A stretch of 64,000 bases of DNA from an uncultured Shimia sp. GTDB taxonomy: Bacteria; Pseudomonadota; Alphaproteobacteria; Rhodobacterales; Rhodobacteraceae. Each line of letters opens with the position of its first letter. Positions within the stretch are counted from its first letter, which is position 1. The stretch lies in contig NZ_CANLRL010000004.1 in the NCBI RefSeq assembly GCF_947493595.1, forward strand, positions 143,201 to 207,200. The letters run 5' to 3'. Both the position numbers and the translations under genes were made by a program. Shown piece after piece: positions 1 through 8,776 of the stretch. Below the pieces are notes generated by a model, which ran no database searches, was not told the DNA's origin, and worked only from the letters and a program-made list of their open reading frames with translations.

Positions 1-240
1 ATCGAAAGTGACGATTATCACTTCCTGACAGGGTTGGCGCGAGACGGGCAGTTCATTGTGGGCGCGGTTGAGGAAACCTTTGAGGAACCGTTGGCTTTGG
101 GGTGGTTCAAAAAAATCCCGCTCAAGGCTCCGATTACCTGGAACATCTGCGCTGTGCGCAAGCGTGGTGAGAGCTCGCCAGCACTTGAGGCGTTCTGGCG
201 AGCGCTTGAGAGATATGCGGTGAACCCGGTTGCCGCTTAG
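1..240 (+). CDS. LysR-family transcriptional regulator, C-terminal part (5' truncated by window edge)
   Basis: Frame is open from base 1 (IESDDYHFLTGLARDGQFIVG...). Ends WNICAVRKRGESSPALEAFWRAL, typical of a LysR substrate-binding domain C-terminus. Confidence 0.6.
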   Translation: MESDDYHFLTGLARDGQFIVGAVEETFEEPLALGWFKKIPLKAPITWNICAVRKRGESSPALEAFWRALERYAVNPVAA

Positions 241-1160
241 GAGGTCTGCTCCAGATATTGCAGGCAGCCTTCGAGCGCGGCGGCATCGTCGGTGATCAAG
301 CTGATCGGAAAGGTTGCCGGGTCCACGATGCCATGGGCGTCGCGGGTGAGCTCTTCCATAAAGTCAGGCAAGGCCGCGGAGGTCAGCACGCCGCGGGAGG
401 CGGAGCCGGCAAAGGCCACGCCGTCGCGCGGCATATATTGCAGGATCATGGCTTGCGTCAGGCGGCCCAAGGCGCGGGCAAAAAGGCGCACAGTGCGGGT
501 GGCGTCGTTGCAGCCGTTGGCAAAGCCGTCAACGATGTCTTTGCCGCCCTTGCGTTGACCGCTGACCACCTGATGCAGGCGTTCCAGACCACGGCCGCAG
601 AAGCAGTCTTCGTAGGTGACAAAGACGTCAGCGCCGTCGCCAAGCTCATCGCGCAGCAGTTTGCCAACGGAGTAGGGCAGTTCGGCGTGGCCAAGTTCGG
701 CCTCCATGGCGGTTAGACCGCCACGGGCGTTGCGGCGGGTGGGGCTGACGTTGAAGCCGGTGCCCATGCCAGCCACCAGCGCTTGACCATTTGTCGGTTC
801 GTGTTTGGTGCCGCAGACCGGATCGGTTGAAATGCGCGCCAGCGCGTAGCCCAGAGCGGAGAGATCGTTGATCAACTCTGCATGGGGCGCGCCGGTTTGA
901 TTGCGCAGGTTTTCCACGCTGAGGAACCAGTCGCGGTTGGTCAACTCGCCTTCGCCGGAATGCACGGGACCGGCGATAGCGATGCACACCCCGGCGAGGT
1001 CGCCGGGGATGGTTTTTTCAAGATAAGCAGCAAGCACGGCGTCAAAGCTATCGTAGTCATCATTGGAGGCGCGCATCACACTTTCAATGCGCACACCTGT
1101 GGCATCCGCCAGAGCCAGGCGTGTGTTTGTGCCACCGATGTCACCTACTAAGTACGTCAT
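237..1160 (-). CDS. glk: Glucokinase
   Basis: LVGDIGGTNTRLALA ATP-binding motif, IAGPV, INDLSA, GMGTGF, EAELGH. ATG at 1160 preferred over the ORF-track start. Confidence 0.9.
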   Translation of the reverse strand: MTYLVGDIGGTNTRLALADATGVRIESVMRASNDDYDSFDAVLAAYLEKTIPGDLAGVCIAIAGPVHSGEGELTNRDWFLSVENLRNQTGAPHAELINDLSALGYALARISTDPVCGTKHEPTNGQALVAGMGTGFNVSPTRRNARGGLTAMEAELGHAELPYSVGKLLRDELGDGADVFVTYEDCFCGRGLERLHQVVSGQRKGGKDIVDGFANGCNDATRTVRLFARALGRLTQAMILQYMPRDGVAFAGSASRGVLTSAALPDFMEELTRDAHGIVDPATFPISLITDDAAALEGCLQYLEQTS

Positions 1161-1214
1161 AAACCGCAACTTTCTTCTTCTGAGTCAATTCGTTGGTTCG
1201 TCTATCGAATTAAT

Positions 1215-1979
1215 TCAGGTTTGAACAGGCACGCCTTCGGGCTTTTTGCCAAGGATGATCATGCTCAGCAAATCGTCGTCGGTGACGTCGTTCACATCCA
1301 CGGTGCCAACCAGTTGACCGTTCTTCATCACCGAGGCGCGATCGCAGAGTTCCATGACATCGTGGATGTCGTGGCTGATCAGGAAAATGCCGATGCCTTG
1401 GGCTTTGAGCTGCTGAATGAGCTCGGAGACCATTTGGGTCTCATGCGGGCCGAGGGCGGCGGTGGGTTCGTCCATGATCAGGATCTTGGCGTCGAAATAC
1501 ACGGCGCGGGCAATGGCTACGGACTGGCGCTGACCGCCCGAAAGCGCAGAGACTGGCTCGGCGAACTTTTGGAAGTTCGGGTTGAGCTTGCCCATGATTT
1601 TGCGCGTCTCGGCTTCCATGGCGTCGTCGTTAACCGTGCCCAGAGGTGTGGTGAGTTCTCGACCCAGGAAGAGGTTGGACGCCGCATCAAGGTTATCGGC
1701 CAGCGCAAGTGTCTGGTAGATGGTCTCGATGTTGTATTTGCGGGCGTCGCGCGGGTTGTTGATCTCCGCCTTTTCACCGTTGATGTAGATCTCGCCGCCG
1801 TCACCCTGATAGGCGCCGGAGAGGATCTTGATCAGGGTGGATTTGCCCGCGCCATTGTGGCCCAGAAGGCCGACCACTTCGCCTGGCATGAGATCGACGG
1901 AGACATGGTCCACCGCTTTGATCCCGCCAAAGGAGATGTGGATGTCGCGCATTTCCACGAGAGGGGTTTGCTTGTCCAT
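1215..1979 (-). CDS. xylG: Sugar (xylose/glucose) ABC transporter ATP-binding protein, single domain
   Basis: Walker [17 protein letters not shown] signature, ILIMDEPT; operonic with the permease and binding protein. Confidence 0.88.
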   Translation of the reverse strand: MDKQTPLVEMRDIHISFGGIKAVDHVSVDLMPGEVVGLLGHNGAGKSTLIKILSGAYQGDGGEIYINGEKAEINNPRDARKYNIETIYQTLALADNLDAASNLFLGRELTTPLGTVNDDAMEAETRKIMGKLNPNFQKFAEPVSALSGGQRQSVAIARAVYFDAKILIMDEPTAALGPHETQMVSELIQQLKAQGIGIFLISHDIHDVMELCDRASVMKNGQLVGTVDVNDVTDDDLLSMIILGKKPEGVPVQT

Positions 1980-1990
1980 GATGTTTCTCC

Positions 1991-3256
1991 TTATGCGCCG
2001 GTGCGGCGGCGGTAGACGATGTCGACCCAGACCGCGAAGACCAGAACCACACCCACAACGATGTTTTGCAGCGGCGCGTCAACACCCACGGAGGCCATGC
2101 CGGATTGCAAAGATTGCATGATCAGCGCGCCAATCACGGCGCCATAGATGGTGCCAGCACCGCCAGAGAGCGCGGTACCGCCAATCACGGCAGCAGCGAT
2201 CACGCGCAGTTCGTCCAACGTGCCGAGACCCACATCCACCGCATTCAGGCGGGCGGAGGCGATGATCGAGGCGATGCCGGTCAAAGCGCCCATCAGCGCG
2301 AAGATTTTCACGGTCAAGAAGCGCGTGTTGATGCCGGAGAGCTCTGCGGCCTCAGGGTTGCCGCCGGTGGCGTAGATGTAGCGGCCAAAACGGGTGCGAC
2401 GGGCGATGATGGTCATCACAATCGCGACGGCCAGCAGGATCACCACCGGGATGGCCACACCGTGGTTCCAGACCATGCCGTCGGTGTATTCGATGCCTTG
2501 GGCCTTGGTGATGCGTTTCATCGCGCCTTTGGGGATTGGGTAGCTGTTCATGATCGACACAAACAGAAGGATGCCGCCGGCGGCGATGGCCATGAGGATG
2601 CCCTCGGCCCAGGCGGGTTTCACCGCAAAACCATGGGAAGCTTTGTTGCGGCGGCTGAGCAGCATGAAGCCCACAGCGACCAGGGCGGCAATGATGCCAA
2701 AGACCCAGCTGAGTGTTTCGCCCAATGTACCCTCAGCGCCGCCGCCCAGTAGTCGGAAAGTTGGGTCCAGTGGGGCTTGGGTTTGGCCCTTGGTGACCCA
2801 CCACATGGCGCCGCGATAGACAAGGAAGCCACCGAGGGTCACGATGAAGGCGGGCACGGTCAGGTAGCCGATGATGTAGCCTTGGAAGGCGCCAAGCACG
2901 GCGCCCATGAAAATGGCGAAGATCACGGCGATGATCCAGATCGACCAGTGGCCAAGGCCCACCACGTCTGGCAGCCATTGCACTTGCAGGGCGGCGGTGG
3001 TCATGCCGATGAAGCCGAGCATTGACCCAACGGAGAGGTCGATGTGGCGGGTCACAATGACAAACACCATGCCAGTGGCCATGACGGCAACAGAGGCAGT
3101 TTGCACCGAGACGTTGAAAAAGTTTCGAGGGGAGAGGAAGCGGCCGTCGGTGAAGACGCCAAAGACAATCCAGATCACCACAAGCGCGCCGATCATGCCA
3201 AGCAGGCGCGGGTCGAGGCCCAGCTTGTTGATCAGGGTTTTGGCTTGGTTTTGCAT
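1991..3256 (-). CDS. xylH: Sugar ABC transporter permease (XylH/RbsC family)
   Basis: Multiple TM segments, [45 protein letters not shown]. Likely start MQNQAK at 3256. Confidence 0.9.
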   Translation of the reverse strand: MQNQAKTLINKLGLDPRLLGMIGALVVIWIVFGVFTDGRFLSPRNFFNVSVQTASVAVMATGMVFVIVTRHIDLSVGSMLGFIGMTTAALQVQWLPDVVGLGHWSIWIIAVIFAIFMGAVLGAFQGYIIGYLTVPAFIVTLGGFLVYRGAMWWVTKGQTQAPLDPTFRLLGGGAEGTLGETLSWVFGIIAALVAVGFMLLSRRNKASHGFAVKPAWAEGILMAIAAGGILLFVSIMNSYPIPKGAMKRITKAQGIEYTDGMVWNHGVAIPVVILLAVAIVMTIIARRTRFGRYIYATGGNPEAAELSGINTRFLTVKIFALMGALTGIASIIASARLNAVDVGLGTLDELRVIAAAVIGGTALSGGAGTIYGAVIGALIMQSLQSGMASVGVDAPLQNIVVGVVLVFAVWVDIVYRRRTGA

Positions 3257-3399
3257 TGTGCGGTCCCTTTTTGGTTCGCGCGGATTGAGACACCTCACCC
3301 AGTCTGCGCGGTGGAGGCCGCTTCAGTCAAAGGTGCTCAAATCTTAGGGGAGTGGGGAAATTGGGTGCCCCCCCGCCAGTGGCGGAAGGGCAGGTGTGT

Positions 3400-4413
3400 T
3401 TACTGACACGCCGCGTTGGAAGAGCCCGCGCAGAGCACGTCTTTCTCGATCCAGCCTGCGTCCAGAACTGTGTTCAGATTGTCGGCTGTCACCGGCACTG
3501 GTGCCAAGAACATGGAGTTCAACGTGGTGCCTGCTGGGGAGGTCCACTCAGCGGAGCCTTCCACGGCGTTGCCGGAGGCCAGGGCGACGGCGATTTCGCC
3601 GGCCGCAGCACCCAGAGCGCGCGCATCTTTCCAAACGGAAACAGTCTGCGTGCCCATGGCCACACGGTTCAGCGCAGCGTGGTCACCGTCTTGACCAGAC
3701 ACTGGAATGCCTTCCATGCCCTGTGCGGTCAGAGCAGCAACAACACCACCGGCGGTGCCGTCGTTAGACGCAATCACAGCGTCAACTTTGTTGTCAGCCG
3801 CGGTCAGGATCTGCTCCATGTTGCGCTGGGCGTTGGCCGGAACCCAGCCATCGGTGTAGGCTTCGCCGACAATTTTGATGTCGCCTGCGTCAATCGCGGC
3901 CTGGATGATTTCCTGCTGACCACCGCGCAGGAAGTCTGCGTTTGGATCGGTTGGGGAGCCTTTGATCATCACGTAATTGCCTTTTGGCATTGCTGCCAGA
4001 ACGGCGCGGGCTTGCATGCGGCCCACTTCGACGTTGTCAAAGGTCAGGTAAAACGCGCGGCTGTCCTCAATGAGGCGGTCATAGGCGATCACAGGGATTT
4101 CTTCGTCGGCGGCTGCCTGTACGGCTGGGCCAACAGCGGAGGCGTCCTGTGCCAGAATGATCAGCGCGTCGGCGCCTTGAGCGATCAGGCTTTCGATGTC
4201 GGAAAGCTGCTTGGCTGAGGAGCTCTGCGCGTCAGCGGAGATGTATTTGGCGCCAGCGGCGTCCAGCGCGCCTTTGATGGCGGCTTCGTCAGTTTTCCAG
4301 CGCTCTTCCTGGAAGTTGGACCAGCTTACGCCGATGACCAGATCGTCTGCCCAGACTGCGGTGCTTAGGAAAGCGCCGGCGATAACAGCCGTCGCGGATG
4401 CAAAAAGTTTCAT
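3400..4413 (-). CDS. xylF: D-xylose ABC transporter periplasmic binding protein
   Basis: Signal peptide; SWSNFQEERWKTDEA, IAYDRLI, FDNVEVG, SGQDGD, TVSVWKD motifs of the XylF family. Confidence 0.9.
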   Translation of the reverse strand: MKLFASATAVIAGAFLSTAVWADDLVIGVSWSNFQEERWKTDEAAIKGALDAAGAKYISADAQSSSAKQLSDIESLIAQGADALIILAQDASAVGPAVQAAADEEIPVIAYDRLIEDSRAFYLTFDNVEVGRMQARAVLAAMPKGNYVMIKGSPTDPNADFLRGGQQEIIQAAIDAGDIKIVGEAYTDGWVPANAQRNMEQILTAADNKVDAVIASNDGTAGGVVAALTAQGMEGIPVSGQDGDHAALNRVAMGTQTVSVWKDARALGAAAGEIAVALASGNAVEGSAEWTSPAGTTLNSMFLAPVPVTADNLNTVLDAGWIEKDVLCAGSSNAACQ

Positions 4414-4491
4414 GGTGTCCTCCCAAATGTTCGTCCCGGTCTTTGGCCGAAGTGAGTCGGCTCAGGCCGGGTGTGACCAATGGTAGCGTAA

Positions 4492-4512
4492 TAAATTTGT
4501 AAATCAAATTAA
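4492..4512. promoter_or_regulatory. Predicted XylR (ROK) operator between divergent xylF and xylR
   Basis: TAAATTTG-TAAAT-CAAATTAA, an inverted repeat with a 5-nt spacer; matches the site upstream of xylB at 15/16 half-site positions. Confidence 0.7.
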
Positions 4513-4621
4513 ATCAACTAACCTTGCATTGATCCAACAAACATCGGCATGGTTTTGACGCCGGGTAAGGGCAGCTTGTGTTTTGGTTGCGGACCGTGTC
4601 TGGTGAAGAAGGAGCTAGTAT

Positions 4622-5815
4622 ATGTCTGTGAATCAACGAGAAATTGGGCGGCGTAAGCTGCTGGCAGAAATTCGCAGGCAGCAGCGTGTCCCGCGCATTG
4701 ACCTGAGCGAGCTGACCGGAATCAGCCGCGCAACCGTGACAACCATCACCGCCGAGTTGCTCCGCGAAGGGTTGATTGAAGAAGTCACAAGCGACCTTGG
4801 CGAGAAAGATTCGAAGCGGGGACGTCCCAAGGTGGATCTGAAGATTCGCGGTGCGGCGCGGCTGATCGCAGGGGCAAAAATCTCCAACAAGACGGTGTCT
4901 TTGGTGCTGCTCGATTTTGAAGGTACACAATTGGCCGCCCATGAAGCGGATCTGGAGACGGCGGTCTTGCCTGCCGAAGACATGGCGGAAGTACTGTCCG
5001 GACTTGTCGAGACGTTGGCGCGCAAGATTGGCCTGTCGCGGGCAGATGTGGCGGGGTTTGGTTTGGGTATCGCTGGTGTGGTCGATGCGCCGCGCGGTTT
5101 TGTGCATTGGTCGCCGTCTTTGACCAGCCGCAACGTGCAGTTTGGTGACGTGCTGGAGCGGGTGCTGGGCATTCCGGTGTTTTTGGACAACGATGCCAAC
5201 CTTGTGGCGATGGCCGAGAAGAGCTTTGGTCTTGGACAGGGGCACAGCGATTTTATTGTGGTGACCATTGAGAGTGGTGTCGGTATGGGCATCGTAATCA
5301 ATAATGAGATTTACCGGGGGACGCGGGGCTGTGGCGCAGAATTTGGTCACACCAAAGTGCATCTAGAGGGGGCGCTTTGTCGTTGTGGGCAGCGAGGGTG
5401 CCTGGAGGCCTATGTGGCGGACTACGCGCTGACGCGTGAAGCCATGTTGGCCAGTGGCGAAGCCGCCGAGCGGCAAGTTGAGGATATTTTGCGCACGGCC
5501 AAAGAGGGCGAAGCCGTGGCTGCGTCTATTGTGAACCGGGCCGGGCGGATGTTTTCCATGGGGCTGGCCAACATCGTGAACATTTTTGACCCTGAGTTGA
5601 TCATTTTGGCGGGCGAACAAATGCAGGCCAGCCACCTTTATGCGGAAGAGGTGATTGACGGTATGCGCAAGCTGATTGTGCAGGTCGACAAAGCCCCGCC
5701 GGAGGTGGTGGTACACAAGTGGGGCAACCTGATGTGGGCCCGAGGAGCAGCGGCCTATGCACTTGAAAATGTGTCGGAAAATGCGCTCGTGGAGTTGGCG
5801 GATAATGTGGCTTAA
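4622..5815 (+). CDS. xylR: ROK-family transcriptional repressor of the xylose locus
   Basis: N-terminal HTH (LSELTGISRATVTTITAELL...RGRP), ROK core LDNDANL, GVGMGI, AEFGH, Zn motif CRCGQRGCLE. Confidence 0.88.
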   Translation: MSVNQREIGRRKLLAEIRRQQRVPRIDLSELTGISRATVTTITAELLREGLIEEVTSDLGEKDSKRGRPKVDLKIRGAARLIAGAKISNKTVSLVLLDFEGTQLAAHEADLETAVLPAEDMAEVLSGLVETLARKIGLSRADVAGFGLGIAGVVDAPRGFVHWSPSLTSRNVQFGDVLERVLGIPVFLDNDANLVAMAEKSFGLGQGHSDFIVVTIESGVGMGIVINNEIYRGTRGCGAEFGHTKVHLEGALCRCGQRGCLEAYVADYALTREAMLASGEAAERQVEDILRTAKEGEAVAASIVNRAGRMFSMGLANIVNIFDPELIILAGEQMQASHLYAEEVIDGMRKLIVQVDKAPPEVVVHKWGNLMWARGAAAYALENVSENALVELADNVA

Positions 5816-7346
5816 GGGCGCAAGTGCATTGGCACTATTGATGGCAAGTAATGCGCAGGCAGAAGTGCGATTTGCATCAGTGGACGTTGCGGAGCATGTT
5901 TATGACGGCGGCTGGGAATTTTACGTCGGCGGTGGTGTGGCAGCGTTTGATTGCAGCGGTGATGGCTTGCCGGAGCTGGTGGTGGCGGGCGGGGAAAACC
6001 CGCCGATGCTGCTGCGCAACCAGAGTTCCCATGGCGGGGCGGTGACCTTTGAGGAGGACACGCCCGATGCCTTGATGATGCCCGATACTACGGGGTTTTA
6101 CCCGCTTGATATTGATGGCGACGACCGGCTCGATCTTGTTGCGTTGCGTGTGGGGGAGAACCGCCTTCTGAAAGGTGGCGAAGAGTGTCGTTTTGAGCCT
6201 ATGGATGTGCCGGGGTTTGACGGGGGCAATGCTTGGACCACGGCGTTTTCTGCCACTTGGGAGCGGCAGGATGCGCTGCCGACATTGGCGTTTGGCAATT
6301 ACGTGGATCGTGACGATCCCAAAGGGCCGTTTGAGGCTTGTGACGAGAATGATTTGTTCCGGGCCTCTGGCGAGGGGTATGCGCATGCCACGTTGACGCC
6401 GGGGTTTTGCCCGTTGTCGATCTTGTTTTCCGACTGGGGCCGCTTGGGCCGTTCGGATTTACGGATGAGCAATGACCGCCATTACTATGTGAAAGGTGGC
6501 GCGGAGCAGCTTTGGGCGATGGAGGCGACGCCGCGGCTTTATGGGGAGGCGGATGGCTGGGCCACGCATATGTTGTGGGGCATGGGCATTGCGCAGCGTG
6601 ATCTGGACTTTGACGGCAAGGCGGAGGTGTTTTTGTCGTCGATGGGCGATCAGCGGTTGATGAAACGTGTGAGCGCGGAGGCCCCGACGTTTGAAGATGT
6701 GCCTTTTGAGATGGGCACCTCGGCGCATCGGCCATACACCGGTGGCGACGGGCGGCCCTCAACCGGCTGGCACATCAGTTTTGGCGATGTGGACAACGAC
6801 GGGCTGGATGATGTGTTCATATCCAAAGGCAATGTGCAGCAAATGCCGGGCGCGGCGATGGAAGACCCCAACAATCTGTTGATTCAGCAGGCCGACGGAA
6901 CATTTGCTGAGCTGGGCGACGTAGCTGGGATCGCCACATTGGCGCGCAGCCGTGGGGCAGCGTTGGTGGATATGAACCACGATGGGTTGCTGGACCTGGC
7001 AGTGGTAAACCGACGGGCACCGTTGGAGGTTTATCAAAACGTCACTGAAAGCACGGGAAATTGGGTGGCTTTGACCTTGATGGGGAAAGAGGCCAACAGT
7101 CAGGCCGTGGGGGCCTTTATTGAGGTGAAAGTGGGCGACCAAGTGCACCTACGGGAAATCACCGTGGGTGGCGGTCACGCCGGAGGTGTATCCGGGCCGC
7201 AGCATTTTGGGCTGGGCGATGCGGAGACCGTTGAAGTGCGCGTGCGCTGGCCGGATGGCACGCAGGGCGATTGGATCGAGGTGCCGGTAAATGGCAGCTG
7301 GCGGGTGTGGTCCGAAGGGCCGGTGACGGTGCTGTCGGCGTACTGA
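5805..7346 (+). CDS. Exported CRTAC1-like protein (FG-GAP/VCBS beta-propeller plus ASPIC/UnbV domain)
   Basis: Signal peptide MWLKGASALALLMASNAQA. Repeats DCSGDGLPEL, DIDGDDRLDL, DLDFDGKAEV, DVDNDGLDDV, DMNHDGLLDL. C-terminal AVGAFIEV...GGGHAGG...HFGLG...VRWPDG. ATG overlaps the xylR stop by 11 nt. Confidence 0.85.
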   Translation: MWLKGASALALLMASNAQAEVRFASVDVAEHVYDGGWEFYVGGGVAAFDCSGDGLPELVVAGGENPPMLLRNQSSHGGAVTFEEDTPDALMMPDTTGFYPLDIDGDDRLDLVALRVGENRLLKGGEECRFEPMDVPGFDGGNAWTTAFSATWERQDALPTLAFGNYVDRDDPKGPFEACDENDLFRASGEGYAHATLTPGFCPLSILFSDWGRLGRSDLRMSNDRHYYVKGGAEQLWAMEATPRLYGEADGWATHMLWGMGIAQRDLDFDGKAEVFLSSMGDQRLMKRVSAEAPTFEDVPFEMGTSAHRPYTGGDGRPSTGWHISFGDVDNDGLDDVFISKGNVQQMPGAAMEDPNNLLIQQADGTFAELGDVAGIATLARSRGAALVDMNHDGLLDLAVVNRRAPLEVYQNVTESTGNWVALTLMGKEANSQAVGAFIEVKVGDQVHLREITVGGGHAGGVSGPQHFGLGDAETVEVRVRWPDGTQGDWIEVPVNGSWRVWSEGPVTVLSAY

Positions 7347-7356
7347 AAAAGCCGCG

Positions 7357-7380
7357 TGGATCAGTTGGACAGCTGATCCA
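7357..7380. terminator. Hairpin at the convergence of the propeller and di-heme enzyme genes
   Basis: TGGATCAG-8 nt-CTGATCCA, overlapping the di-heme gene stop; a 5-T run follows 6 nt later on the minus strand. Confidence 0.4.
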
Positions 7381-8683
7381 TGGGCAGTCCGGAGGGTACC
7401 GACTCTGGCACTCCAAGGCGGCCTTGAATGGCGTCGTAGTCCGTGAGGCTTTCGAGGAAGGCGAGGATCTGCGCGACCTCCTTATCGGTGAGGTCAGTCG
7501 GCGAAAGTTCGTTGGCGGCTGCGATTTCGATCACTTCAGGTTCGTCCGTCATCAATTTGAAATCTGTATCAAATTTTCCATCGGAATAGGTGGTGTGGGC
7601 CGCTACATAGGCTTTGAGCGAGGCCACCGGATCGAGGTGATGCCTGACCATGGCTTCCAGGGAGGTGTAGGCCCCGTTATGGCCATAAGGCGCGGTCTGC
7701 GTGATGTTGCGCAGGGAGGGCGTGCGAAAGCGGTAGAAGTCTTCGTCTTGGCCGGTGACGCGGCCACGGCCGACGTCGCGGTTGTGGTTTTCAAACGGTG
7801 CCGCTTTGCCCGGGCCGATCTGTGGCAGCGCGATGGCGTGGAAGCCGTGGTTGGTCTGGAATTGGCCGGAATGGCAGGTGCCGCATTGGGCTTTGCCGTA
7901 GAAAAGGTCCAGGCCAGCGGCGGCATCAGCGGTGAGTGGCGTGCCGTCGCGCAGGTACGCGTCAAAGGCGGAGGCATCCGCGCGCCATTCAAAGGCAATG
8001 AAGGCGGCCAATGCGTTGGCGATGTGGTGGAACTTGATGGGTTCCTCTGCGCCAATCACATCGTCAAAGGCAGCGCGGTAGGCGGGGATGGCTTCGACCC
8101 GTTTGGCAAGGATGTCCCATGCGCCGCCTTCGCCGGTGAGTTGGCCGAGACGCACGGCTTGCGAGACGTCGTTTTCGGAATAGTGACCGGCCATTTCGTC
8201 GCCAGAGAGCACCGGGAACATGGCTTGTGCGGCAAGGGCGTTGTCAAAGCCCATCTCCATCTCGCTTCCTAAAGGGGTGCGGATGCCGGAGGGGCGGGAG
8301 GGGTCGTCTTCGAGGCGGCCATCGTGGAAAAAGACTGTGAATTCGGTGGCGCCGAGGTTCCACAGCGCGGGGGCGTTGCGGGGGATGCGGTTTTCGGGCG
8401 GGTTTGAGGTGTCGATTTTGCGCTCTAGCCCGAGGCCGGTGGCGCCGTCGCCAAGGCCGAGGGAGACGCCATCCGACGTGCCCAGATCGGGGTGGTGGCA
8501 AGTGGCGCAGGCGACGCTGCGGTTGCCGGACAGGATCGGATCGTAGAACAGTTGCCAGCCCAGCTCGACCTCCGTCACGTCCTGCGCCGGGAAGATGGCG
8601 TCCGCCTTGGGCAGCGGTGAGGCGCTGGCACCGGTTGCCAGAATGGCGGGCAGGAAAGCGGCTGTGAGCATCAAGGGGCGCAT
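7361..8683 (-). CDS. Exported di-heme c-type protein, bacterial cytochrome c peroxidase/MauG superfamily, atypical residues
   Basis: Signal peptide MRPLMLTAAFLPAILATGASA. Two CxxCH motifs (CATCH, CGTCH), LGWQLFYDPILS, RNAPAL, FRTPSLRN, TAPYGHNG, LAFLESLTD. Confidence 0.88.
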   Translation of the reverse strand: MRPLMLTAAFLPAILATGASASPLPKADAIFPAQDVTEVELGWQLFYDPILSGNRSVACATCHHPDLGTSDGVSLGLGDGATGLGLERKIDTSNPPENRIPRNAPALWNLGATEFTVFFHDGRLEDDPSRPSGIRTPLGSEMEMGFDNALAAQAMFPVLSGDEMAGHYSENDVSQAVRLGQLTGEGGAWDILAKRVEAIPAYRAAFDDVIGAEEPIKFHHIANALAAFIAFEWRADASAFDAYLRDGTPLTADAAAGLDLFYGKAQCGTCHSGQFQTNHGFHAIALPQIGPGKAAPFENHNRDVGRGRVTGQDEDFYRFRTPSLRNITQTAPYGHNGAYTSLEAMVRHHLDPVASLKAYVAAHTTYSDGKFDTDFKLMTDEPEVIEIAAANELSPTDLTDKEVAQILAFLESLTDYDAIQGRLGVPESVPSGLPMDQLSN

Positions 8684-8776
8684 GGCGGGTCTTTCATTTA
8701 GAAAAGCCCTCCGCGCAGGAGAATATGCGCGAAGGGCCAGTGTATCTTGGCTCAATAACGATTTTGAAACAAGATA

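Noticed and set aside
1178-1212. AATTCG...CGAATT inverted repeat upstream of glk as a third XylR site
   Set aside because: The spacer is 13 nt rather than 5 and the half-sites differ; support is insufficient.
5757-5804. ORF-track upstream extensions (also for ccp-like, gcvP, yceD, xth, ihfA, dcd, gltX)
   Set aside because: Downstream ATGs give proper signal peptides, family N-termini or RBS spacing, so the shorter starts were used.
7361-8683. Calling the di-heme gene mauG (methylamine utilisation) or ccp
   Set aside because: No mauABDE genes are in the window, and the Tyr/Met ligand and inter-heme Trp appear replaced, so neither gene symbol is justified.
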